Below, piece after piece: positions 38,301 through 47,889 of a DNA stretch of 64,000 nt; within the stretch, counting starts at the first letter, position 1; the number at the start of each line of letters is the position of its first letter. The notes under the pieces were generated by a model. It saw only the letters and a program-made list of their open reading frames with translations, was not told the DNA's origin and did not search any database. The translations under genes were made by a program, and so were the position numbers. The stretch spans positions 79,060 to 143,059 of the forward strand of contig JBDQHL010000001.1 of the NCBI GenBank assembly GCA_040264895.1, in the 5' to 3' direction. The DNA is from Bacteroidota bacterium (GTDB taxonomy: Bacteria > Bacteroidota > Ignavibacteria > Kapaibacteriales > UBA2268).

Positions 38301-39043
38301 AAAACATAATCATAGCCATATTATTTATACCATTTTTGTTAATTGCTAATGCCTCCGATGATCTATTTCAAAAAGGCAACGAACAATATAGCAACAAGCA
38401 ATATTCGGACGCCATTAATACTTATGAGCAGATACTAGACCAAGGAAATGCCTCTGCTGAGCTTTATTACAACTTAGCGAATGCTTATTATAAAACTGAC
38501 AATATCGCCTACGCAATACTCAATTACGAAAGAGCCGACAAGCTAAGTGACAACGAAGACATAGACCACAATCTAACTATAGCTCGACTAAAAACCATAG
38601 ACAAAGTAGAACGAGTAGAGCAAATATTCATAGTAGATTGGATAGACGCACTCCGCAATTTGCAAAACTCCTCAAGTTGGGGTTGGTGGACAGTTGGCTT
38701 CGTTTGGGTGCTATTCGTATTCGCTGGGCTGCTAATATACAGCCGAAGCACAGCAATCAAAAAGCTATCAGTAGCAATGATATTTGCTACTTTAGTAATA
38801 TCAATCGTAACATCGTATTTAGCATTTAGCTCACATCAAAACGAATATGTAAAAGAATTTGCCATACTCACAGAGCAGAGTACTTACGTAAAAAGCTCAC
38901 CCGACTCACAGAGCCAAGACCTATTCATCCTCCACGCAGGAGTGAAAATGCAAGTCTTAGACTCCGTCGGCGATTGGAGAAAAATCCGATTGGACAATGG
39001 CGAAATCGGCTGGGTTGACAGCGGCACATTCACAGTGATTTAA
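38297..39043 (+). CDS. batE: TPR + SH3b protein, BatE-like
   Basis: TPR repeats (AELYYNLANAYYKTDN), TM segments, and a C-terminal SH3b-like GDWRKIRLDNGEIGWV. ATGA overlap with batD. Confidence 0.75.
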   Translation: MKNIIIAILFIPFLLIANASDDLFQKGNEQYSNKQYSDAINTYEQILDQGNASAELYYNLANAYYKTDNIAYAILNYERADKLSDNEDIDHNLTIARLKTIDKVERVEQIFIVDWIDALRNLQNSSSWGWWTVGFVWVLFVFAGLLIYSRSTAIKKLSVAMIFATLVISIVTSYLAFSSHQNEYVKEFAILTEQSTYVKSSPDSQSQDLFILHAGVKMQVLDSVGDWRKIRLDNGEIGWVDSGTFTVI

Positions 39044-39053
39044 TCCTTGGAAG

Positions 39054-39085
39054 TCCTCCCTTATCAGGGAGGATTTAGGTGGGTT
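39054..39085 (+). terminator. hairpin/terminator after batE
   Basis: Perfect 8-bp stem TCCTCCCT/AGGGAGGA with loop TATC, 10 nt after the stop codon, followed by TTTAGGTGGGTTT. Confidence 0.5.
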
Positions 39086-39118
39086 TGAGATAAATAGAAC
39101 CGTAGAAAAGTATCTTGG

Positions 39119-39160
39119 TCATTGAGCCTGTCAAAGTACAAGCACAACGTACTTACTAAA
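39119..39160. repeat. REP-like palindromic element fragment
   Basis: The 14-mer TCATTGAGCCTGTC recurs exactly at 47967-47980. An adjacent 6-bp hairpin reads AAGTAC...GTACTT. Confidence 0.55.
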
Positions 39161-40498
39161 TCAGACTACCTCCACCTTCCTCTCCTCAATATAATATGTC
39201 TTCATCTTACCCTTGCCTTTTATCTCTATCTCACCTCGCTCTACGTACTCAAACTCCTCGTATTCACTTACAGCTTCTTTGAATCGTTCGGTTATGTGCA
39301 CTTGACCTGCTTCCGATGATGTTTCCATGCGGCTGGCTGTGTTTACTGCATCTGACCACATGTCATAGATGAACTTGTTCTCACCAATTACTCCTGCTAC
39401 TACTGGGCCACAGTCCAGTCCAATTCTGACTTCTATCTTGGTGCCATCGGCTGTTCTGTAGTCACTCATCAGCTGTTTTACTTCTAGTGCCATTTGTGCG
39501 GCTCTGTGGGTGTTGTCTTTCTGTACTTCCGGTATACCAGCTGCTGCCATATAGCTATCGCCTATGGTCTTTATCTTCTCCAAGCCATACTTGTTCGAAT
39601 AGTGTCATAGCTGATGAAAATAGCATTGAGAGCTTCGACTAACTTTCGTGGGTCTTCATCCTTAGCCAGCTCTGTGAAGTTTACTATATCAATAAACACA
39701 ATAGATGCTTGTGTGAAGTAGTCTGATATTGGATGTTCTCTCTTCTTCAATCGCTTGGCTATGCTGACTGGCAGTACATTGTACAACAGCTTGTCTGAGC
39801 GCTTCAGCAGTCTATAGATTATAAACATAACCACAGCCATCACAATGATAAAACCAATGGAAAAGTAAAGAATTAGCTTTTCTCTCTTCTCTTGTTCTGC
39901 TATCTTCAGCTTCTGTTTTTCTATTTCTTTCTGCTTTAGGTCGTCTTCTCTAGCTTTTTCTAAAGCTGCTATTTTGTCACTGTTTTCTTGATTGAAGACA
40001 GAGTCTTTAAGCTTGTGATGTTCTTCAAGGGCATCATACGCTTTTCCCATTTCCCCTTTTTGTTTATAAGCCTCAGCTAACACACCTAAAACAAAACTCC
40101 TGCCATTCAGCTTACCAATTTCTTCATTGATTGTTAATGCCTTTTCAATATACTCAAGGGCTTTGGGATAGTCTGATTGACGACGATAGATATTCCCCAT
40201 ATTCCCTAGGCAAACTGCTTTTCCCTTTTATTTCCAATTTTTTCAGTTATCTTTAATGCTTTTCCAAAATACTCTAGGGCTTTGGGGTAGTCCGATTGAA
40301 AAGTATAAATATTACCCATACTTGCGAGATACGTTGCAATTCCAGATTTACCTCATTAGTATCACCCTTTGCATTTGGTAGTTCGGCAAGTAGTGAGTCT
40401 ATTTTTGCCTGGCCTTGGAGGGGTTTTGCATTAGCTGTTGCTTGGGTTGTTATGCTTAGTGATAGCAGTGTTATTAGAACTATTAATATTGATTTCAT
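39161..40498 (-). pseudogene. TPR-sensor class III adenylate/guanylate cyclase, disrupted by at least three frameshifts
   Basis: Signal peptide plus TPR piece (40274-40498). A TPR piece in another frame ends at a TAG near 40210. A TPR-coiled coil-TM-cyclase start (39571-40200) ends in ...FISYDTI, and the cyclase continues as NKYGLEKIKTIGDSYMAAAG in a third frame (39161-39583). Confidence 0.85.
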
Positions 40499-40733
40499 AC
40501 ATTGTCTGTTTAGATATGGGTTTAAAATGCACTGCAATATATGAAATTATTGGGTATTGTTTTTAGGAAAACTTAGTAAGGTTTTAATCTCATGTCTTCC
40601 AACCCTCATAATTAATAACAGCCTTTCACTTTTTTATTATCGTCACAATTACTTTGATATTAATTAACATGTGGATAGTTTGAAATAAAAAAATTCGCTA
40701 TATTCTATAATAACAAAAGAAGATAATTGATTA

Positions 40734-41207
40734 ATGACTAACAACGATATATTACGAAGATTACGATACCTCTTCGACTACAGTGATTCCAAGATAATCG
40801 AACTATTCAAACTAGCCGGTTCAGACGTGGAAGAAGCTGACTTATTCGACTGGTTTAGGAAAGACGACGACCTCGATTTAGCTGAGATGAGCGATAGGGA
40901 AATGGCGACTTTCCTCAACGGATTGATAATAGAAAAACGAGGAAAAAGAGATGGCCCACAACCCGAACCCGAAGATCGGCTGACCAATAATATTATACTC
41001 CGAAAGCTAAAAATAGCATTGGATTTGAAGTCCGATGACATAATAGAATTATTCGCACTGACGGATAAGAAGATTAGCCCACATGAGTTAAGCTCCTTTT
41101 TCCGAAGACCAGGACACAAATCATACCGTCCATTTATGGATCAGTATTTGCGTAATTTTTTGAATGCACTGCAAACTAAAAACTCAAAAGAACCGGGAAG
41201 TATTTAG
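40734..41207 (+). CDS. DUF1456 (YehS-like) protein
   Basis: Two tandem repeats, NDILRRLRYLFDYSDSKIIELF and NNIILRKLKIALDLKSDDIIELF, as in the YehS family. Confidence 0.75.
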   Translation: MTNNDILRRLRYLFDYSDSKIIELFKLAGSDVEEADLFDWFRKDDDLDLAEMSDREMATFLNGLIIEKRGKRDGPQPEPEDRLTNNIILRKLKIALDLKSDDIIELFALTDKKISPHELSSFFRRPGHKSYRPFMDQYLRNFLNALQTKNSKEPGSI

Positions 41208-41213
41208 TTAGAA

Positions 41214-41248
41214 TTATCAAAACTTGCAAAATTTACAAGTTTTGATAA
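41214..41248. other. perfect 13-bp inverted repeat (TTATCAAAACTTG-N9-CAAGTTTTGATAA)
   Basis: Read directly from the sequence. It lies 7 nt after the DUF1456 stop and 73 nt before the BLUF-cyclase start, with no T-run after it. Confidence 0.8.
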
Positions 41249-41320
41249 CTAGTAAATAAGCAATATATCCGAAATTGTATAAATACTGAGAAGAGAGCTA
41301 GGAATGACAAAAGGTAAATA

Positions 41321-42328
41321 ATGAAAAGGATAACATATATTAGTAGAATTACTAATACACTTTCATCTAAAGAAATTGAAACCATTGGTATTATTTCTAG
41401 TGAAAATAATAAGCAAGTTAATATTACTGGCACATTAGTTTGCTTCGAAAAATTGTTTTTCCAGATTATTGAGGGAGATGAAAAAGACGTTGATCGGCTT
41501 TATCTAAAAATTGGCAAAGACCCTAGGCATAAAGAAGTTCTGAGACTTAAGACAGAATATAACGTAAGCAAACGACTTTTTCCTAAATGGTCTATGAGAA
41601 CTATCAATCTGGATAATAATGTTGATGATTTATTACGCCCAATTAAGATTTTGTTACAAACCGTTGTAGAGTCGCATTCCATTATAGCGCGTTATACGCA
41701 ACCTACTATTCTAAAAATATTGAACAGAGGTATAAACCCTCTATATGCTACACCTGTCAGAGCAGAAAAAGTAATTTTATTTGCAGATATCCTCTCCTAT
41801 ACTTCAATTAGTGAAAAAATGCCAACAGATAGTATTCTATTAGTCCTGGACACCTATTTTGAAATTTGTAGTCGCATAATCCTTGAAAAAGGAGGCGAAG
41901 TTAACAAATTTATGGGTGATGGGTTAATGGCATATTTTGATACTTCGCAAGCGGACAATGCCATACATTCATGTCTAGAAATATTAGAAGAATTGCAGAC
42001 TTTACACAAAAACTCGTCAGAAGATTCACCACTGCAGTTACTTAATTCTGGATTTGGGCTTGCTCAAGGATCAGTTATTGAAGGTAATATGGGTTCTCAC
42101 TTTAAAACAGACTATACGATTATAGGTGATGCCGTGAATTTTGCAGCCCGGTTAGAAGGTTTGACTCGTCAAGTCAAACGGTCATTGGTTTTCTCAGAGT
42201 CGCTTAAACATAGCACAAAGGAACCCTGGCCTTTTACAAGTCTTGGGAAATTTTATCTTAAAGGGAAAGAGAATCATAAAGAAGTTTATTCAATTGACCA
42301 TCACCTGGTCAACAACTTTAAAGGATAG
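41321..42328 (+). CDS. BLUF-domain photoactivated adenylate cyclase (bPAC/BlaC-like)
   Basis: BLUF domain: ITYISRI (Tyr), NITGTLVCFEKLFFQIIEGDE (Gln), RLYLKIGKDPRH. Class III cyclase: ILFADILSYT and VNKFMGDGLMAYF (metal Asp, substrate Lys), DYTIIGDAVNFAARLE (Thr, Asn, Arg). It is collinear with the Beggiatoa bPAC sequence as I remember it. Confidence 0.9.
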   Translation: MKRITYISRITNTLSSKEIETIGIISSENNKQVNITGTLVCFEKLFFQIIEGDEKDVDRLYLKIGKDPRHKEVLRLKTEYNVSKRLFPKWSMRTINLDNNVDDLLRPIKILLQTVVESHSIIARYTQPTILKILNRGINPLYATPVRAEKVILFADILSYTSISEKMPTDSILLVLDTYFEICSRIILEKGGEVNKFMGDGLMAYFDTSQADNAIHSCLEILEELQTLHKNSSEDSPLQLLNSGFGLAQGSVIEGNMGSHFKTDYTIIGDAVNFAARLEGLTRQVKRSLVFSESLKHSTKEPWPFTSLGKFYLKGKENHKEVYSIDHHLVNNFKG

Positions 42329-42444
42329 ATATATTCAATGAAAAAGAAATGTATAACGTCATAAGACACAAAACAAACGTTAAGCCTTTTTTAAGTCTTT
42401 TCGAATGGCGAAGATAAAATTATAAAAACAAACAAATAGTAGAC

Positions 42445-43605
42445 ATGAACAATTTTGAATTTAAGAATCCAACCAAAATATTATTTGGTAAAGGACAAAT
42501 AGAAAACATAGCAAACGAAATCCCTAAAGATGCCAAAGTATTGATGCTATTTGGTGGGGGAAGTATCAAAAAGAACGGAATTTATGAGCAAGTAAATGCA
42601 ACACTTCAAAATCACAACGTCTTGGAGTTTGGAGGCATTCCTGCAAACCCAGAATATTCTGTCCTTATGGAAGCACTAAAAGTAATCAAAGAAGAGAATA
42701 TCACTTATTTACTTGCTGTAGGTGGAGGTTCAGTGATAGACGGAACAAAATTCCTTTCTGCTGCTGCCCTATACGAAGGTGAAGAGCCATGGGAAATACT
42801 AACCAACAAAATTCCTATAGATGAGGGGATGCCCTTTGCAACTGTGCTGACCTTACCTGCTACTGGGTCTGAGATGAACTCAGGTGCTGTGATAACAAGA
42901 GAAGAAACAAAAGAAAAACTAGTCATGGGTGGCTCAGGATTATACCCAGTGTTTTCGGTGCTCGATCCACAAGTAATACACTCAATACCTCACAAACAAT
43001 TGGTGAACGGAATAACTGATGCCTTTACTCACGTATTGGAACAGTATGTTACATTTCCTATTGGAGCCAGTCTCCAAGATAGATTGTCGGAAAGTATATT
43101 GCAAACCCTAATAGAAGTTGCTCCAAAAGTTTTGGAAGACCCAACAGATTACACAACTGGCTCTAACTTTATGTGGAGTTGTACTATAGCTTTGAATGGT
43201 TTGATCAAGCAAGGAGTTCCTACTGATTGGGCAATACATGCTATGGGTCATGAGCTAACCGCTCTTTATGGCATTGACCACGCGAGAACCCTAGCTATTA
43301 TAGCACCGAGCCATTATGAATATAATCTCGATACGAAAAAAGAAAAGCTCGCTCAATATGCCGAGCGTGTTTGGAATATTACAGATGGATCTACGGAAGA
43401 TAAAGCAAGAGCTGCAATCAAAAGAACAGAGGCATTCTTTAACGAGATGGGAATAGACACTAAACTTTCTAAGTACACTGACGAATATGAAGGTACCGCT
43501 GAAGAAATCTCAAAAAGATTTACAGAACGAGGCATTGAGGGTCTTGGAGAGCATCAGAATCTAACCCCTGATGACGTAGAAAAAATTGTAAGAATGTCTT
43601 ACTAA
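42445..43605 (+). CDS. iron-containing alcohol dehydrogenase (YqhD/butanol dehydrogenase-like)
   Basis: FEFKNPTKILFGKGQIENI, GGGSVIDGTKF and HAMGHELTALYGIDHA motifs. Confidence 0.9.
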   Translation: MNNFEFKNPTKILFGKGQIENIANEIPKDAKVLMLFGGGSIKKNGIYEQVNATLQNHNVLEFGGIPANPEYSVLMEALKVIKEENITYLLAVGGGSVIDGTKFLSAAALYEGEEPWEILTNKIPIDEGMPFATVLTLPATGSEMNSGAVITREETKEKLVMGGSGLYPVFSVLDPQVIHSIPHKQLVNGITDAFTHVLEQYVTFPIGASLQDRLSESILQTLIEVAPKVLEDPTDYTTGSNFMWSCTIALNGLIKQGVPTDWAIHAMGHELTALYGIDHARTLAIIAPSHYEYNLDTKKEKLAQYAERVWNITDGSTEDKARAAIKRTEAFFNEMGIDTKLSKYTDEYEGTAEEISKRFTERGIEGLGEHQNLTPDDVEKIVRMSY

Positions 43606-43643
43606 ATAATATTAGAAAACTAACTCAAAAACACGAACACAAA

Positions 43644-44984
43644 ATGTCAAACAACGAAAACACAAGCAACCCACTTACCAAATCTATACTCGAAAAATTT
43701 GAGATAGAAGAGCTGAACCCAATGCAGTTGGAGGCAGGTAGAAACATAAGGAAGAAGTCCGATGTAGTATTGCTCTCCCCTACTGGTACTGGTAAAACTC
43801 TGGCGTTTCTGTTGCCGCTAATAGAGACATTAGACCCAGAGAATACGGAGATTCAGATTCTAATAATAGTGCCTTCGCGTGAGTTGGCACAGCAGCTGTT
43901 ACAAGTAGCTCGGGATATGGGTTCGGGGTTCAAGGTGAATGCTGTGTATGGTGGTCGTGCTGGCTCGCAAGATAAGCTCGATTTGCAGCACTTACCAGCT
44001 ATTCTAATCGGAACTCCGGGACGTATAGCCGATAGATTTTTCAAGGATACTTACTCGCTCGATCATATCAAAACACTTGTGTTAGACGAGTTCGACAAAT
44101 CGCTTGAAATGGGCTACGAAGATGATATGATGGATATAATAGAATCGCTGCCTAATGTAAAGCAGAGGATTCTTACATCAGCTACTCGTGATAATAAGAT
44201 ACCGAAGTTCGTGGGGTTGCAAAAGCCAGTATTCATCAACTATGCTGATGAGGGTGTTCCTCAGCTGGCTATCAAAACGGTACTTGCACCCGACAGAGAT
44301 AAGTTAAATTCTCTGGAAAAAACACTTGCTCACATTGGCCCAAAACCTGGCATTATCTTCTGTAGTTTCAAAGATGAGCTATATGACGTCAGTGAATTTC
44401 TGGATGATTGTGACATTTCGCACGAGTGCTTCCACGGAGATATGGAGCAACTTGACAGGGAACAAGCACTGATCAAATTCAGGAATGGAACTACACAGCT
44501 ATTACTGGCAACCGATTTGGCTGCTCGTGGGCTCGACATTCCCGAACTTGCGTTTATTCTACATTACCGCTTGCCACTGCGATACAACGAATTTTTACAC
44601 AGGAACGGACGTACTGCACGGATGAACACCGACGGAGTAGCGTACATACTCCACTGGACGGGCGAAGAACTACCGGAATACATACAGGACATAGCTCCAG
44701 AAGAAATAACGGTAGGCGATCTGCAGCCCTCACACGAGCCGGCACCAGTCAGATGGGTGACTCTATACATAACTGGTGGAAGACGCGAGAAAATATCCAA
44801 AGGCGACATAGCAGGTCTGTTTATGAAGCAAGGCAAGATAGACAAAGACCAACTTGGCGTAATAGAACTACAAGAGGGCTGCTCTTACGTAAGTGTACAC
44901 GCCAACATAGCAAGCAAGGCAGTAGAGAAAACCAATAATACTAAGCTGAAGAAAAAGAAAGTTAGGATTAGTGTAGTGAAGTAA
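43644..44984 (+). CDS. DEAD-box RNA helicase, DbpA-like C-terminal RNA-binding domain, motif II variant DEFD
   Basis: Motifs SPTGTGKT, VLDEFD, SAT and HRNGRTAR. The C-terminal segment LYITGGRREKISKGDIAGL resembles the DbpA RBD. Confidence 0.85.
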   Translation: MSNNENTSNPLTKSILEKFEIEELNPMQLEAGRNIRKKSDVVLLSPTGTGKTLAFLLPLIETLDPENTEIQILIIVPSRELAQQLLQVARDMGSGFKVNAVYGGRAGSQDKLDLQHLPAILIGTPGRIADRFFKDTYSLDHIKTLVLDEFDKSLEMGYEDDMMDIIESLPNVKQRILTSATRDNKIPKFVGLQKPVFINYADEGVPQLAIKTVLAPDRDKLNSLEKTLAHIGPKPGIIFCSFKDELYDVSEFLDDCDISHECFHGDMEQLDREQALIKFRNGTTQLLLATDLAARGLDIPELAFILHYRLPLRYNEFLHRNGRTARMNTDGVAYILHWTGEELPEYIQDIAPEEITVGDLQPSHEPAPVRWVTLYITGGRREKISKGDIAGLFMKQGKIDKDQLGVIELQEGCSYVSVHANIASKAVEKTNNTKLKKKKVRISVVK

Positions 44985-45199
44985 AGAGCCCAACAGTAAT
45001 TACTAATGTCACTGCGAGACTTATCAATTTACTGATATGTTGTGGCAGTCTCAATTTGAGAATTGTGTACCTCTCTAAAAAAAGAGCTATTCAGCAAGGG
45101 AGCAAGTTCCCTTTTTGCTTTCCTGAATTTTTGTGAAAACGAGTAACAGAGTAACTGAAAAAACAGAAAAATAATTTATACATACACCCCTTGTATATT

Positions 45200-45634
45200 A
45201 TAAAAAACGTGATTTCCAGCTGAGTACTCTTGATGTAATCTTTCCAAGTTTTCCCTTCTGGAAATTCTACTTTGTTGTGGTTTGTTTTCCATCGGAGTGA
45301 ATCTTTCTCTTCTGTTAATTCATGATTGAACACATTCTTTCTTCCGAACCAAGCGTTATCAATTAGATTTACTTGTGCGTTGCATATCCACAAAGGAGTA
45401 AATATCTCGGCTTTGTCTTTGGTCCTCGACTTTTGTAGTAACTTGTCTTTGTGAACTCTTGGCATTATCTCCAGTTATCTGTTGGTCAAATCGATATTCA
45501 TCACCTAAATTCTGATAATTATCCGTTGCCCATATTATATTATTTCTGGTCGTACGGTCGAACAGAAGCATATCCAGAACATTGGGATATTTTCTTACTA
45601 TTTCGTTTTCTAATATGTCTATTTGTTGAGGCAA
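45200..45634 (-). pseudogene. frameshifted, truncated remnant of an unidentified gene (possibly the N-terminus of a DNA methyltransferase/restriction-modification enzyme)
   Basis: Two overlapping ORFs in different frames (45359-45634 and 45091-45465). KAEIFTPLWICNAQVNLID is reminiscent of the F/Y-TP motif near the N-terminus of adenine methyltransferases. Sense degenerates after ...LEITF. Confidence 0.35.
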
Positions 45635-45772
45635 TTATTTTAGGTGTTTGTTCAAATGTTATAAAACCAATATAAGGAAAATTTGGAAGATGGCACATAC
45701 CCTAAACAGGGTATAATTGTTATCTTAACCCACCCCACTTCCATTTCTTACTCCATTTCATTAACTTCGAAT

Positions 45773-47857
45773 ATGACAAAAGCAATTACCATTCTAATCG
45801 TTCTACTTACAGTTGTTGCAGCTTGCAATAGTAATGATGAACCGAGGAAAAACGAAATGAAAAACACGAACAGATTGATAGATGAGACTAGCCCTTACTT
45901 ACTCGAACACGCCCACAACCCTGTGGATTGGTACCCTTGGGGCGACGAGGCGTTAGCAAAAGCCAAGAAGGAGAACAAGCCAATTATTGTGAGCATTGGC
46001 TATGCCGCTTGCCACTGGTGCCACGTTATGGAGGGGGAATCCTTCTCCGATTCGGAGGTGGCTAAGCTGATGAACGAGAAGTTCGTCTGTATAAAAGTTG
46101 ACCGCGAGGAACGTCCCGACATCGACAATCTGTATATGAACGCGGCATTGATGATAAATGGGCGTGGTGGCTGGCCGCTCAATGCCATTGCCCTGCCCGA
46201 TGGTCGCCCGTTTTTTGTTGGTACTTACTTCCCCAAAGAAGACTGGATGCGGTTGCTGGAACAGATTAGCAATATGTACGCTAATAATTATGACAAAATT
46301 ATAACTAATGCCGTAGCGGTTGAGAATGGGCTGAAAGAACAGGTGGGCGATTTGGTGAGTCAACCGAAGAGAAAAGATTGGGACTATTCCAATCTGTATG
46401 ACACTGTGGACGGTAAGCTTGACTCGGAGTATGGCGGTATGCGTGGTGCACCGAAGTTCCCAATGCCCTCGGTGTGGGATTTTTTGCAGCAATACAGCTA
46501 TCTGGAAAAAAGCCAACCAGCTTATGACAATGCGGTGCTGACACTGGAAACTATGGGTACGAGCGGCACTTATGATCAGCTGGGTGGTGGTTTCCATCGC
46601 TATGCTACGGATATGGCTTGGATGATTCCCCACTTTGAGAAAATGCTGTACGACAATGCACAGCTGCTCAGTACTTATTCCAATGCTTATAAGGCAGATA
46701 AGAATGAGTTCTACGAGCAGATTGTGAGCGGTACGGTGGAGTTTGCAGAGCGTGAGCTGATGTCCGATGAGGGTGGCTTTTACTCCTCTCTGAATGCTGA
46801 TAGCGAGGGCGAAGAGGGTAAGTTTTATGTCTGGGAATACGATGAGATATACAAACTGCTAAGCAAAGACGAGTTCGATTTGCTGGAAAGCTACTATGGT
46901 CTAACTGAGGAAGGTAATTGGGAAGATGGAAAGAATATACTCCACTTCAATTGGACGCTGAGTGAGTTCAGTGAACAAAATGATTTGGATTCTGCCAAGG
47001 TAGCTGAAGCAATGCAATCAGCCCACAGAAAACTGATGGCTCACCGAGACACAAGAATAAGACCAAGCACTGATGATAAGATTATCACTTCGTGGAATGC
47101 CATGATGATTAGTGGTTTGGTGACTGCCTACACAGCTTTTGGTGATGATAAATACTTGCAATTAGCTCTACGGAACGCCGAGTTTGTCGAATCAAAATTG
47201 ATGAATAGCGATAGCAGTTTGAATCGAACATACAAGAATGGTGAGAGCAAAATCAATGGCTTTTTGGATGATTATGCCTTGCTATCTCGAGCATATATTG
47301 ATTTATACCAATCGACTTTTGATAAGAAATGGCTCGATTTGTCTGAGCAATTGATGGAGAATATCAAGAGCAATTTCCTTGACGATGCGACTGGATTCTA
47401 CTTCTACAAAAGCACTAAGGACACTCCATTGGCTGCTGAAACTATGGAGCTACAAGACAATGTAATTCCTGCTTCTAACTCTGTGGTGGCGCATCTGCTA
47501 TTCGATTTGGGGCATATACTCTACAAAGATGATTACATAAAGAAAGCGGAAGATATGGCAGCCACTATGTTAAGCGGGATAGAGCGTAGTCCCAGCTTCC
47601 ATTCCAACTGGGCAAAGTTAGTTGGTAAGCTACAACACGGGATATACGAAGTAGCTATAGTAGGCAAAGATGCAAGTAAATTAGCACAACAAATGCAATC
47701 GCACTACCTACCGAATGCTCTTTTCCTTGGTGGTACAGCGGAGAACTTGCCATTATTAGAAGGCAAGCTAACAGACGGCACTATGATATATGTATGTAAA
47801 GACAAGGTGTGTAATTTACCAGCAGAGAACGTGGAAGTGGCATTGGAGCAGTTCTGA
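45773..47857 (+). CDS. yyaL: thioredoxin-domain protein YyaL (DUF255 + six-hairpin glycosidase-like domain), lipoprotein-type signal
   Basis: [28 protein letters not shown]...[12 protein letters not shown]. The start is moved to [20 protein letters not shown]. Confidence 0.9.
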   Translation: MTKAITILIVLLTVVAACNSNDEPRKNEMKNTNRLIDETSPYLLEHAHNPVDWYPWGDEALAKAKKENKPIIVSIGYAACHWCHVMEGESFSDSEVAKLMNEKFVCIKVDREERPDIDNLYMNAALMINGRGGWPLNAIALPDGRPFFVGTYFPKEDWMRLLEQISNMYANNYDKIITNAVAVENGLKEQVGDLVSQPKRKDWDYSNLYDTVDGKLDSEYGGMRGAPKFPMPSVWDFLQQYSYLEKSQPAYDNAVLTLETMGTSGTYDQLGGGFHRYATDMAWMIPHFEKMLYDNAQLLSTYSNAYKADKNEFYEQIVSGTVEFAERELMSDEGGFYSSLNADSEGEEGKFYVWEYDEIYKLLSKDEFDLLESYYGLTEEGNWEDGKNILHFNWTLSEFSEQNDLDSAKVAEAMQSAHRKLMAHRDTRIRPSTDDKIITSWNAMMISGLVTAYTAFGDDKYLQLALRNAEFVESKLMNSDSSLNRTYKNGESKINGFLDDYALLSRAYIDLYQSTFDKKWLDLSEQLMENIKSNFLDDATGFYFYKSTKDTPLAAETMELQDNVIPASNSVVAHLLFDLGHILYKDDYIKKAEDMAATMLSGIERSPSFHSNWAKLVGKLQHGIYEVAIVGKDASKLAQQMQSHYLPNALFLGGTAENLPLLEGKLTDGTMIYVCKDKVCNLPAENVEVALEQF

Positions 47858-47889
47858 GGTTAACTGTCAGAGTGATGAAATAATGTGGA

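Noticed and set aside
39122-39319. A 65-aa plus-strand ORF, and the similar ORF at 47790-47987
   Set aside because: Both run through REP-like palindromes or the antisense of a pseudogene. Translations such as SLSLSN and LSKYKH are typical REP read-through products.
40296-40544. An 82-aa plus-strand ORF
   Set aside because: It is antisense to the N-terminal fragment of the cyclase pseudogene and has no independent support.
45001-45060. A possible terminator or REP hairpin after the helicase gene (GAGACT...AGTCTC)
   Set aside because: The stem is only 6 bp with a 25-nt loop and no T-run, which is too weak to call.
45953-46633. A 226-aa minus-strand ORF, plus nested ORFs at 46000-46188 and 46305-46544, opposite yyaL
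   Set aside because: These are antisense shadow ORFs in a locally GC-rich gene. They have no recognisable motifs and a His/Arg/Pro-skewed composition. The + strand yyaL reading frame has unmistakable conserved motifs.
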